Shown here: piece by piece, positions 13,672 through 24,643 of the stretch
Layout of the letters: every line of letters starts with the position of its first letter
Position numbering within the stretch: position 1 is the stretch's first letter
Source: Podarcis erhardii
Lineage: Eukaryota
Reading direction: 5' to 3' (one strand)
DNA length: 64,000 nucleotides
Assembly (NCBI GenBank): GCA_964252035.1
Contig: OZ176203.1
Notes under the pieces: model-generated
Seen by the model: the letters and a program-made list of their open reading frames with translations, nothing else
What the model was told of the DNA's origin: nothing
The model's database searches: none
Program-made: the position numbers and the translations under genes

Positions 13672-14041
13672 ATTTGCTTGGAAAATTATCAGGACTTACT
13701 TCATAACAGCCCAATCCTTCAAGTGTTTAGTCAGAAGCAGGTAGCTTTTATTTAGGCTACAAATTCCTAAGTATGTGATGGAAAGTCAAGCCTGATTCAG
13801 GCAGAAACAATGATGCATTAATGAGTAGGATCACCACATTGAAGAATACATTGAACTGGGTGTGTTTATTAGGAAGACAACCAACATACACCTATTAACT
13901 AGTTTCATGGATTGCTAACAAATAAAAGCAAGTAAGTGTCAGAGGACAAATAAGAGAACATAGCCTTTTTCATACTATCTGTGTGATAAATGTTCATTTC
14001 CCCTTTCAGACAGCAAAATGACTGCTCATGATGGAGCAGTA

Positions 14042-14216
14042 CACCCTGCCTTTTGATAAGGCCCACAAGAAAAGTATGATCATTTTAAAGTGTCAGACAA
14101 GCCATGGAAATTTTGGTAACTGGATCTACCAGGGTGAGAAAGGGCAGCTATCAGGAGATCTGTAGAATGGCACATGGCCTCAATGACCAAGCTAAACCAG
14201 GAGAAGTCATGAAAAG
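14042..14216. repeat. Copy B of a paralogous ~170-bp element in MOSPD2 intron 2
   Basis: Colinear similarity to 12833-13003. Confidence 0.85.
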
Positions 14217-14854
14217 TTATGATGAGAAGTCAAGCCTCCTCATAAGGAAGAAGTGCCAAGAAACAAGCAGGATACAAAAAAATTGCTTGTCATTACATAC
14301 TACATGGGATCGTTGATACAAACCCAATGTTTCGTATCTTTAATGCATATCATATTGCCCTACTATTTCAAGTCTGGCCCATACTAAAAATGGAATACAT
14401 CCAACAGTAGTTAATGCTCATCAGCCCCAGGGCAAGGTGCAAAGGTACATGACAAAGAAACCTTGTGGTAGTTACATAGGGCTGGCTTGGTTAGGAAAAC
14501 TGGGAATTTCATGTATACTACTGAGGTGTTAAATAAAATAGATGAATGATTGACACTGGCAGACAAGGAAACTCCTTTCAGAGGCATCTAAGTTTGGTAA
14601 ACAACTAGTAACCTAGTAAGCAAAATGTGAAGGTTAACTAGAGGCGGCCATATAAAATCGTAGCATTTCACTTAAGCTGTTTGTCCCTTGATGTCCAAAC
14701 ATTCCAAGTACAAGAGATCCTCTTTTTTTAACGCAGTACAATGTATTTGGCCTACAATAGGCTACTGGGCTTAAAAGGGGCCAATCCTGTATTTGCCATG
14801 TCAGGAACACTGCAGGTGTGGGATACAAATGAAATGCTTGGGAACTGCACCAAC

Positions 14855-14918
14855 CTTGTAGATATTCTGCCTCAAAGCGCCTTCTGGTTTCACTTATTAA
14901 TGGAGCCCTGGAGTCCTG
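14855..14918 (-). CDS. MOSPD2: MOSPD2 exon 2 (QDSRAPLISETRRRFEAEYLQ)
   Basis: ISETRRRFEAEY matches the recalled vertebrate MOSPD2 N-terminus. Acceptor cctttccag, donor gttggt, 64 bp. Confidence 0.92.
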
Positions 14919-15565
14919 CTGGAAAGGGAAAGGAGCACAGAAAAGATGCCATTTTCACAAACTTCTACAGAATAGGGCCCTCCTTAAAGTGATAGTTTGC
15001 CTCCTCAAGTTGCGGCAGAGCATCTGCCTTATTTCCAGGGTCAGGGAATGTTGTCAAGTGACGGCCAAACATCAGAAGTCGAAAACCAAGGACCCCAAAC
15101 AATGATAAACTCGGGAGTTGTTGTGGAACCGTGCAGCCCAGACACATTTGGCGTTAACGAGGCCCTTACAAAGAGGCTGAACCTAATAGGCACAATGTCG
15201 ATTTTCATCTCTTCAAAAGTTTTAAAAGGGGGAAAGCTAAGGCACACCCCAAAAGGGCGTCTGCTGTGCCACAAGCAGGGCCACCTGAGGAAGACTCCCC
15301 ACCTGGGAAGGAGTTGGGCTGGGGGATATTCGTGCGGCTTTCCCGTCGCCCCCTAGGCTCTACCTCAAATCCCCTCAACCCAGTCACCTCAACTTTACCG
15401 CCCTAGCAGCAAAAAAATAAAGTGAAATAAACCCAACAGCCATTATTTCTTGGACCAACCGGCCCCTCCCGCGGTTCTGCCCCGGCAGACCCACCGCCTC
15501 AGCCCGGCGGATAGTCATGTAAACGGGCCGAGAATTCCCCCCTCCGCGTTCTCTTGACTACTCAC

Positions 15566-15574
15566 ATCCGCCAT
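15566..15574 (-). CDS. MOSPD2: MOSPD2 coding exon 1 (MAD)
   Basis: Minus strand reads ggaccATGGCGGAT|gtgagt: strong Kozak context and canonical donor inside the CpG island. Joins exon 2 in frame. Confidence 0.85.
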
Positions 15575-16084
15575 GGTCCTGCCCGCACCAGACTAGAAGT
15601 AGAAGTAGAAGCAGCAGCAGCAGCAGCGGCGACGCGAGGGAAACGGGCGAGACCAAGAGCGCGGGTGGGTAAGGGGTGGGCGGAGGCGCCGGAGAAAAGG
15701 AGCGCGTGACACAAGGCTGAGGTAAGGAACCGACACCAGCCGACGCCGCGCGTGCGCGCGGACATCCACACAAACGCGCGCGCCGGCCTCAACGGCTACC
15801 AAAGTCCCCGCCCTTTCTCTCAGCCGCCTACCAACCAGGCCCAGCTCTCGTTCAACAAAAACAAACAAACAAATCATACGTAGCGCGCGCAGACGCGAAG
15901 CCACAACCTCCCACTTCCTCCCCCCTCCCAACCTCTCTCTCTCTCTGTCTCTGGAAGCCGCGCCCATTCATTTCCTGGCGTGATTCCGTCCAATCCTACC
16001 GCGCGCGGCCTTTCGCCTCTCCCTTTACGGTCCCGCCCATTTCGTTTGCTACAGCCAATGGCGCCCGGCTTAATGACGTAACGT

Positions 16085-16261
16085 GACTCCGTTCCCAGGA
16101 TTCTTCTGTTTGGCGGGATTGTTCGGAGCTTGAAGCTCCGGCCGCTAGTGCTGTTGCTGGTGGGGAATGAAAGGGGCTCCCGCGGTCTCCTCGCGCGTTG
16201 TGTTGAGGCTCATCGGGTCCTGCCCCCTTTGCTCATTCAGATCAGTGGAACCTACTTCCAA
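16085..16261 (+). other. FANCB: Probable FANCB non-coding first exon (start approximate)
   Basis: Ends in a strong donor CAA|gtaagt at the edge of the CpG island. TSS not determinable from sequence. Confidence 0.6.
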
Positions 16262-16705
16262 GTAAGTGCGCCTAAGGTTGCTCTTTAGTATTCCTACAGA
16301 GGGATGCCGACCAGGATAAGGATGGGGATTTCACTGCCTTCCCCCATGCCAGCGGGTGTGGCTTGTGTGGCCTGGGGGGGGGGGTTACAGAACTAATCCC
16401 CCCCCCCCGCTCACAGACAGGGCTAAAGTAAAGTGATTCTGAGGAGGCAATCTGAACATCTCTTAACTGGGAGTAAGCCCCTTTGAGCTCAGTGGGGCTC
16501 CCAGCACAGACTACATCCTTGAAACTTGTGTTCTGTATTTTGTACCCAATAGTATTCCACCTGTGTTCTCCTTGCTGCTGCGTGGAACAGCGCATGAATC
16601 AGACCTTTGGATTTTGCAAGGCAAGCATTTTAAATTTACTTAACAGAGTGTGGTCCGTTTCTTGCCAGAGCGCTAGAGAGAAGGGTGAGCTCTGCAAGCA
16701 AACTA

Positions 16706-16928
16706 CAGTCATACCTCGGGTCGAATGTGCCTCGGGTTGAGCGCGTTCGAGTTGTGCTCCACGGCAACCCCGAAGTAATGGAGCATTTTACTTCCGGGTT
16801 TTGCCGCTTGCGCATGCACAGACGCTCAAAATGACATCCCGTGCAGACGCACCGTCGCTTGTTACATTCGCTTCAGGATGCGAACGGGGCTCCGGAACGG
16901 ATCCCGTTCGCATCCCGAGGTACCACTG
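16706..16928. mobile_element. Tc1/mariner-type MITE, subfamily C, in FANCB intron 1
   Basis: CAGTCATACCTCGGG...CCCGAGGTACCACTG, TA TSD. Confidence 0.88.
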
Positions 16929-17911
16929 TAAATTATTCCCATAGCATGCTTCTGCTTAACTGTGACTGTTTTAAACCTTGCTGGGGGCTCTCTCTGGCTG
17001 GAGAATGTGTAAAGCCCCGCATTTTGAATCTTGGTGCCCAGCCGATTCTTTTATTTCTTACTCACACATGGGTCAGATCTGTTTTCCTGCCACACAAACC
17101 AGAAAGAGAAAAGAGTGGTTGTAAGCCTATGTGTCGTTTGTGTCCTGCACCATCAGATAACTAAGATCACATACTTTTAGAATCAACACTTCCTTTAAAA
17201 AATAACATATGTGATCACTGTCTCTAACTCAGTGTGGCTGGGTTGGTTGAAATGCAAAAGCTCTTGTATTTTTTGTTCAGAAGAAACTCTTTAGATTTTA
17301 TCTCCCTTGATAGCATGACCAGCTGTAGTTGTCAAAATGTCAACTTCCACACAGTGATTAAAGTTACAGGTTTGTCTTCCTTCGCATCTGGTCACCTTGG
17401 AGCCTGTCTCTTGTATTCAATAGCAGTAGTGTATCCCCTATGACATTCCTTTGAGGTTGCTATTGTATACTGTACTCATTTAAGATGCGTACATGTGTAC
17501 AGTGGGGCTTGCTTATGAGTAGACATTTTATAGGTGCCTGAGAAACCGGATCATCTTTAGATTAGAACTTAGCTATTTGTAGCACCATTACTTTTGCATT
17601 CCAGAGCAAGAAATGCTTTTAAGGCCTGTTGGTTGAGGTAATTTACATCCTGGGAAAAGCTTGATTATGCTGGACAGTTGTAATTTCCCCTGGCATTACA
17701 TGTGGGATTTACTAGATTTCTGTGTCTAATCCTGATTAAAAATTGTCTAATTTCAGATATTTAGATGTTTGTCACTAGTGACGATTGGCTGGACTAATGC
17801 CAGGACTGGATTCAGTGGACCTTACTTCTTGAACATCTATAGGAATTGGCAGCTAAAGGTGGTACCCTTCTGCTTTAACTCATCTTTAAGTGTAAACAGT
17901 ACATGGGTGAA

Positions 17912-18180
17912 AGCAGGGGACCTTACTCAGCCTCACTTGCAGCCTTCCGGGGCCACATCAATGATAACAATTAGCCACCAAGGATATGTTTTCCCTCCAC
18001 TGTTGGAGGCAGTATGCGCCTGAATATTAGTTGCTGGGAATTGCAGCTGAGGGGAGTGTGGTTGGGTATTCAGCAGAGTGCAGAGGAGGGCTGGTGAGCG
18101 ATGTGGCAGCTTTCAAGGGCTCAGTGGAGAGACTTGGAGGACTGTATTTGGCCCCCAGGCCTGAAGCTCCCCACCCCTGG
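17912..18180. mobile_element. Degraded hAT-type non-autonomous element
   Basis: 3' end tttggcccccaggcctgaagctccccacccctg resembles a CAGGGG-type hAT terminus. 5' end is poor. Confidence 0.4.
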
Positions 18181-18498
18181 GTTAAACACTGCAATCCTAG
18201 GTACGGTTATCAGGAAGTGCCCTCTTTACTTAGATATACATATTTAGAATCCAGCTGGAAGTGTTTTGTTGAACTGAATTATTTGTGTGAATGTGACTTT
18301 TTTATGGGCACAGACTGATCCTTCCTTACTGAGGTTAAAATGATCTGCTTTCTATTGCTGTATTGCCAAACACTTATTATTTTTCAGATTGGAAAAATGC
18401 TGCTCAGATCAAATGCTACATTAAACAGAAGAATCATCCTACTGAAAAGCAGGAGACTAACTCATGGTCGTCTTGCAGTGGACGTATTTTAAGGAAAT

Positions 18499-19422
18499 AT
18501 GCTGATGGATCAGCAAGAGAAGTTGTTGTCATATAATGGGGAACTCCTGATTTTCCAGCTGTCAAAACTGAAATCCACACAAGGCGGTGGTACAAAAGTG
18601 ATGAAATTGCACGTCAGGAGAATGTCATTTGACAGTTGTACTAAACAGTTTATTGAGACGTCTACTGGGTCATTCAGCGATTGTGAGGATGGTGTGGAAA
18701 TGGTTCATTGCAGCTGCGGATCTGACTTCAGAACAGGAATCCTTCACCCTTGTGTTCTATTGAAAAAGAAAGTGAAGAAGAACACAAAATATACTTTACT
18801 CTTGCTTCATAACAGTAACAAATTTGAGCTGGTTCTGCATTTTAAATTGGATTATGAACTGAAAGAACCCATAAAGTTGCTTTCTGGCCCAACGGTTTTA
18901 TGGAGCCATGCAAAAAGCCTGTTTCACATTTCTCCCCAAACTTGCACTGTTTTATGTGCCCCTGTTCAGCTTTGTTCCATCAAATGGGCGGGTGAGATTA
19001 AGGGTGAGGGTGCTGTTGTTCTGGGAACAAGAGCTGCCTGTTTGACAGACAGAGGCAATGGGCAAAGTGTTCCCAAATCAGATGCATTCATCTGGGGTAC
19101 TGAGTGCTTTGCCTATGCAGTGGAGAAACAGCAAGCGCTAACAAGGGCCACTATTGTTCCTCATGCTTATGGCGGCGTGGTATCGTGTGTGCACGTTTGT
19201 GAAGTCGATGCCGTGAGAAGCAAGTTCAGGACATCAGTTGTCGTAGTCACATGCAAAAGCCAAGTCATCATTTTCCAAGATGGTCTGCCAAAAGATGTCC
19301 ACCAACTTCCATATGAGAATCCTTGTTCTGTACAGGTAGCAGCAGTGGAAGGAAACAGCCAGTTGGTGGTTGTAACCTTTGCTTCAGGAGATGTGTGTGC
19401 ACTATGGAAGCGTAATTTACAG
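18499..19422 (+). CDS. FANCB: FANCB first coding exon (exon begins 18388; 308 codons, MLMDQQEKLLSYNGELLIFQLSK...)
   Basis: ORF 18499..19434 matches the recalled FANCB N-terminus (RLLCYNGEVLVFQLSK). Acceptor tttttcag at 18387, donor CAG|gtatt. Confidence 0.95.
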
Positions 19423-20563
19423 GTATTGATCTGATGCTTTGTTCTTAGGCTTGCAAAGGTTCTGCCTTCTGATGTTATGCAATATGCTCAACACAAATCT
19501 CTGCAGAAACTGATGCACGTATTGAGTGATTGAGCTTGCCTATATTCTGTTTTCCACAATAGGCAGGGCCCAAAGCGGCTTACAGCAAACATTCAAAACC
19601 TTGTATTTCCAGTGCTCTTTATTACAAATAGAACATATCAGTAAATTCAAAATGACAACAAACAAACACACAATTTGGAATACACAGAATAAATTCAGTA
19701 TTACAAAAATGATAATAATTGAGTCTTAAGAACATAAATACAAAGCAAAACAAGAGTTAACAAACAATACAGTTTCTAGTATTGGTTTTACTGCATTCCA
19801 GGGAGCCTGGCTACCCATAATTTCAGAGGTGATGGGTAGATGGCAAACAGCTGGTATACAGGCTAGATGACATAAAGCTGGCTCCCACATCTCTCCTCCA
19901 GAGGAGGATTTTCCTAGCAGTTGAGATGAATAGGGAAGCCTTTTGCCTACATGGAAGCTTTAAATGCATCCTGGATTTCTGATGTTGCAGAACCTCGTGT
20001 GTGTAACAGGGGTAGTGAGATGTGCTGGGGCTGATGCCAACCTAGGTGTCATTCTACTTTCTTTGAAAGTCATTCCTCTTAACCCAGAGCTCATGGTAGT
20101 TACTCCGTGTTGAAGCTCTCTGTGGAGTCATGGAGGCAATTTTGAAATAATTTTATAACTTGTTCCAGGGCTGAATATATGTAGATGCTGCGGCTAAGTC
20201 CTCACTCAAATGAAGTCCTGAACAAAGGCACAAAACCAAATACTTGTGTGTTCAATGAACGTAGGTGCACCAGAAATAAATTTCAGAAGAATGAAAGAAG
20301 TTTTAAGTATGCATAACACAGCAGATGATAAAATGTCCATGCTCAATCTAAGGATGGATTCACGCAATGTTTGTCGCTCTTGAAATTAATTGAAGAATAA
20401 AATTGCTTGAAATGTCCGTTATAACTGTAGTTGGTGCATTGTGGTCTTGCTGCTGCTACACCATACTAGCTTAAGCTGTCAAATATGAGAATATTTTCAT
20501 TTCATGTGCATAATGTAGATATTAACGAAATGAAAACATTTCCAATGTCACCTTACATTGCAG

Positions 20564-20716
20564 GTGGTTTCTTCCTGGAAAAATGTGAGGTCTATTCTGG
20601 TAGATGATTTTGTTGGCATTGGAACGGAACAAATCTTAGTTCTTCTAAAGACTGACTCCATCTCAGAAAGTTTAAATACATTTCAAATATCCAATTTTGG
20701 AAATGTTCACCATGTG
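20564..20716 (+). CDS. FANCB: FANCB coding exon 2 (VVSSWKNVRSILVDDFVGIGTEQILVL...)
   Basis: 153 bp, DDFVGIGTEQIL motif, AG/GT bounded. Confidence 0.95.
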
Positions 20717-21549
20717 GTAAGATTTACTGATTGGGGAAATTGTTGGGAAAGGTTTCGGTAAAAGGTATTAGGCAAAGAGTCATTTGCTTCACGGCTTGCT
20801 TTGATTCAAATTGAGGAGGTTTGGAAGAAGTTGTGCCTTGCAGAATCAAATGCCTTTCATAACTCTGCAGTGACCTTGTTTTGACATAATGCTGAACCGT
20901 GCCTCTGAGCACCTTTGTCTTGCATATGCTCCCATCTCTGGCATGGCTACAAGGAAGAATTCCTTTTTAGATTAACTGCATTCTGCAGAGTCATCCAAAT
21001 TCAAATGAACCGGTTAATCTTAACTGTGGTCTGTTGGAACAACTCAACTTAAAAGAATAGTTTCTGAAGTTAAGTTGTTTCAATTAAGCACACTGAAGAT
21101 CAATGGCACATGAAACTGGTTAATCTGAAACAGGAACAGAAGCTTCTGATCTTGCGGAGGTGAGATGGAAAGTGCTTGAGCCTAATACTTAAAGCTTACC
21201 TAAGAACAAGCTGCAGTTATGTCCAAACCAGGCTACTATGTACTATCAATCTCATCGTTCAACTGAAAACCAGTAGATGTGTAGAATATTTTTTTAATGG
21301 TTGGGGTATAATTAAAGTACATATATTTTAATAAATCTATATTGCATCAAATCTACAATATTATAATTATATGTAACATTTATTATAAAAATAGAGAAAT
21401 GTAGGCTTTGAAGTGGATACAATTGTCATTTTCACTTGGGCGGCGCATGAATGGAAGGCTTTTACTTGGTCCTTGTGTGGCTCAGTTTTCCACATTCGTG
21501 CCTCACTTACTTTCAGGCATAGGGTTAAATATGTTTTGCCTGTCTTTAG

Positions 21550-21642
21550 AATAACATAAGCTATGAAGATGACTCACATTCTACACAAGAGCTACAAAAG
21601 AACCACTTCCTTACTATCAAAGGACTTGAAGCAAGATTGCAG
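21550..21642 (+). CDS. FANCB: FANCB coding exon 3 (NNISYEDD...GLEARLQ)
   Basis: 93 bp phase 0-0, ctttag acceptor, gtttgg donor. Confidence 0.9.
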
Positions 21643-22719
21643 GTTTGGATCCATTATCTGCCTCTTGATATGTCTTGACAACTTGGGGTTTGTTTTGTAT
21701 TAACTTTCATGCAGCATAAACTCTGTTTTGGATCATTCCATTTCATTGATGTTTGCAAATGCAGAACCAGGTAGTCGTACTGAGTATTCCCTGCTATAAT
21801 TACTGTTGAGTTGTGTTGAGGGAATCTTAACTTACTGGAGTGTTCGGTGTCTAAACTTCTCGCTGCATTCTGTGGGGCTTACTCTCAGGTATACGTGCAC
21901 AGGGCTATAGCCTTGCTCTCTTCAGGTTTTGAAGTACTGATAGCCATCACTAGTTTGTTTAGAAGCTAGGAAAGAAAGGCTTATTGCCCATGATTCGCTT
22001 TCCAACCCAAATTAAAATAAGGGATAAGCACTAGGAATTATTGTCTGGCCTCCTTCTTCTGCCTTGTATACGCCCTTGAAAACCTAACGTTGAGATGATG
22101 ATGCTTTTCTTATTGTAGGTGCCCTGCTGCTGACTTTATTTTACATCAAGTTTTGAGGTTGTCTACTGTGGATGTCACATATAACCTTAGCTGCTACTTT
22201 GCTGTGAATTCCTATGAATCACTTATGAAGACCTTTGATGGGAACATGCCATTGGCCAGGAATGATAGGAATTCATTCGTTCATTCCCATTCAGCCTTTA
22301 CTGGCATAAGTTTTGCCAGTAAATTATGGGCAAAATCTGAAGGGCTACAGATTAGCAGTTTAGGTGTCCAAGGGATACATGCAAAGAGCAAAAGGGTATC
22401 TACATCAGCCTAGCGGAGGACTGGGAGTATAAAAGAAAGGCAGGTTGCTGAAAGAAACTCAATGTCCAAAGTTCAGGTAACTGCACAATTTCTGCAGTGA
22501 GTAGCTACAGATTTTTCTCTCTGCATTGTCGGTTTCATCAAATAATTATCACAGCAACCACAGAACTTCCCATTTCTATGTTAAACTATGGTTTTTATTT
22601 TTTTAACAATGAGAGAGGAATCTACAACTGTTAGCTCTTTTAATATCTTGCAAAATAAAGGCATCTACTCTCGTAGTGTCATCATCATGAACTCTCTTAA
22701 CTCCTTTTGTATCCCATAG

Positions 22720-22848
22720 GCTGGTTTTGCTTCTGTTCGAGAGCTACAGCAGCATTTACGGCTCAAAGAAAAGGTTCTGGTGGAAAGTTGTGGAGCATTG
22801 ATTGACCTAGTTCAAGACCAAAAACACAGCCTTCCAAGTGCGGAAAAG
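22720..22848 (+). CDS. FANCB: FANCB coding exon 4 (AGFASVRELQQHLRLKEKV...SAEK)
   Basis: 129 bp, cccatag acceptor, gtatgc donor. Confidence 0.92.
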
Positions 22849-23510
22849 GTATGCTACATGAAGATTTATTTTTTTCTGTAACAGAGACATGTTTTTTTTA
22901 AAATATATATAAACAGGTTTTGTTTCCATTCTTCTATAGTAGGTAGGGACATAGACTTCCAATACTTTGCATAAGAGTCACTCATTGGTAGCTATAACCA
23001 TGTAAGAAATATTTCTCTATGTTTGGGGTCAACTTTTTTCACTAAAGCCAAAAATAGCCAGTCTTTAAGGAAATACAGGTACAAAATTTTGTTGCTAAAG
23101 GACATGACTATCACAGAAAGGTTCCTGTGCCATACATATATTTTCAGCTCAAAGCATGGCAGTCTCTGGTTCCTTTCCATAGTTTATGTGGAGTAATACA
23201 GAACTCTATCTGTTCACCAATGGGTGGAATTCTCTCTCAAATTAGAACAAAGGAACAATTCAAAATGGGTGCAGTTTTTGAAGTTGTCAGGTAGGTAAAT
23301 AGCTGCAGCTGTGGATTGGAAAAAACCCTATAGAGGGTTATGGAAACTCTTTAGCATATTTTGTTGTAAAAGTGGAATGTACCATACTGATTAATCTTTT
23401 AGCTGAAATATATGAAGAATAGTAGTATTTTCCTGGTTCCAGAATTGTTTGAACTGTGACACAGGGTTGTTTTGGGCATACGTGTAGATGTGTGTGTCTT
23501 TTCTTGAAAG

Positions 23511-23659
23511 GCAGGTCTTGTTTCCCTCTGGGATGAACCATTGGATAATGGCACATCAACTCCATCTATAGACAAAGAGCAGCTTGTGCAGGAGCTTTGG
23601 TACCGTGTGGTGGAGGACAGCTTAGTAGCTGGAGTGAAACTAATGGACACATATGACTT
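23511..23659 (+). CDS. FANCB: FANCB coding exon 5 (AGLVSLWDE...ELWYRVVEDSLVAGVK...)
   Basis: 149 bp, WYRVVEDSLVAGVK matches FANCB, donor gtaagt. Confidence 0.9.
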
Positions 23660-23748
23660 GTAAGTTGTATAAATCCTATACATTAACTATGGATAAATGC
23701 TGCTATTGGTAGAGATTATATAGCCTACAACTGCAAAATTTAAAAATA

Positions 23749-23974
23749 CAGTGGTACCTTGGGTTACATACGCTCAGGTTACATACGCTTCAGGTTACAG
23801 AAATAGTGCTTCAGGTTAAGAACTTTGCTTCAGGATGAGAACAGAAATCGGGCTCCGGCGGCACGGCAGCAGCGGGAGGCCCCATTAGCTAAAGTGGTGC
23901 TTCAGGTTAAGAACAGTTTCAGGTTAAGTACGGACCTCCGGAACGAATTAAGTACTTAACCCAAGGTACCACAG
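23749..23974. mobile_element. Tc1/mariner-type MITE, subfamily A
   Basis: CAGTGGTACCTTGGGTTA...TAACCCAAGGTACCACAG, TA flanks, internal CAGGTTA repeats. Confidence 0.92.
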
Positions 23975-24206
23975 TAGAAAATAGAAAAGTTAAGAATGGC
24001 TCCAAAAGAAAATGCAAAAAAAATCCTGAGTTGGATGAATGTACGTTAGATTTATATGGTATAAATGCAAGGTACATTTTAGTGTATGTTTTTGCTACTA
24101 TGAAGACACTGTAAATCTCAAGTATATCAAGAGAAGATCACAGTACACTGCCATTCCTGCATTTGTTTTTTGTTTGTTAAGTCTGCATTTTTCTTTTTTT
24201 GAACAG

Positions 24207-24643
24207 GCTGCTCAGTGACGTCCGTTTATCTTTGGTAATGGTTCGGAAATGCCCTTCGGCTTTTCCAGCTAAGTGCCGCTGCAGCGTAGTTGCGTTGAAG
24301 AAAGCTGCGCTGGCAGAATCCACCTCCCACTGGCAACTGGAGCCGCTGCTTAAAAGGATCAAGCTCGATTGCCATAATGGGAAGGAGTGCAATGGGGAAC
24401 CTTCTCAGGTGAAGGTGGATAGGACAAAAACCTTCACTGCAGTTACCCAGCTGTCCCCTTTCTTAGCATTGCATGAAGTAGGCTGCGTGGTACTGTTACA
24501 TGCTACGAAGAGAAGCTGCAGAGATAACGAAATTCTGCAGAAAAGCAAAAGAATGACTTTATTATGTGGGAAGATTTTATTAAGTCTGGCTGAGATTTCT
24601 GCTGGAAAAGGTTCGATAAATCTAAAAGATTATAAATACACAG
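24207..24643 (+). CDS. FANCB: FANCB coding exon 6 (LSDVRLSLVM...CGKILLSLAEISAGK...)
   Basis: 437 bp within ORF 24199..24756, phases fit both neighbouring exons. Confidence 0.92.

Larger units (their letters stand above)
15400..16270. promoter_or_regulatory. CpG island / bidirectional promoter shared by MOSPD2 and FANCB
   Basis: Dense CpG between divergent first exons. GC/E2F-like TCCCGCC at 16031-16037, CCAAT at 16055-16059, CRE-like TGACGTAA at 16074-16081, E2F-like TTTGGCGGGA at 16109-16118. Confidence 0.85.

Noticed and set aside
12833-14216. Calling the paired elements snoRNAs
   Set aside because: No convincing C (RUGAUGA), H (ANANNA) or terminal ACA boxes shared by both copies.
15558-15967. 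Several ORFs across the promoter
   Set aside because: By-products of GC-rich, repeat-containing CpG island sequence. The real coding part is only 9 bp.
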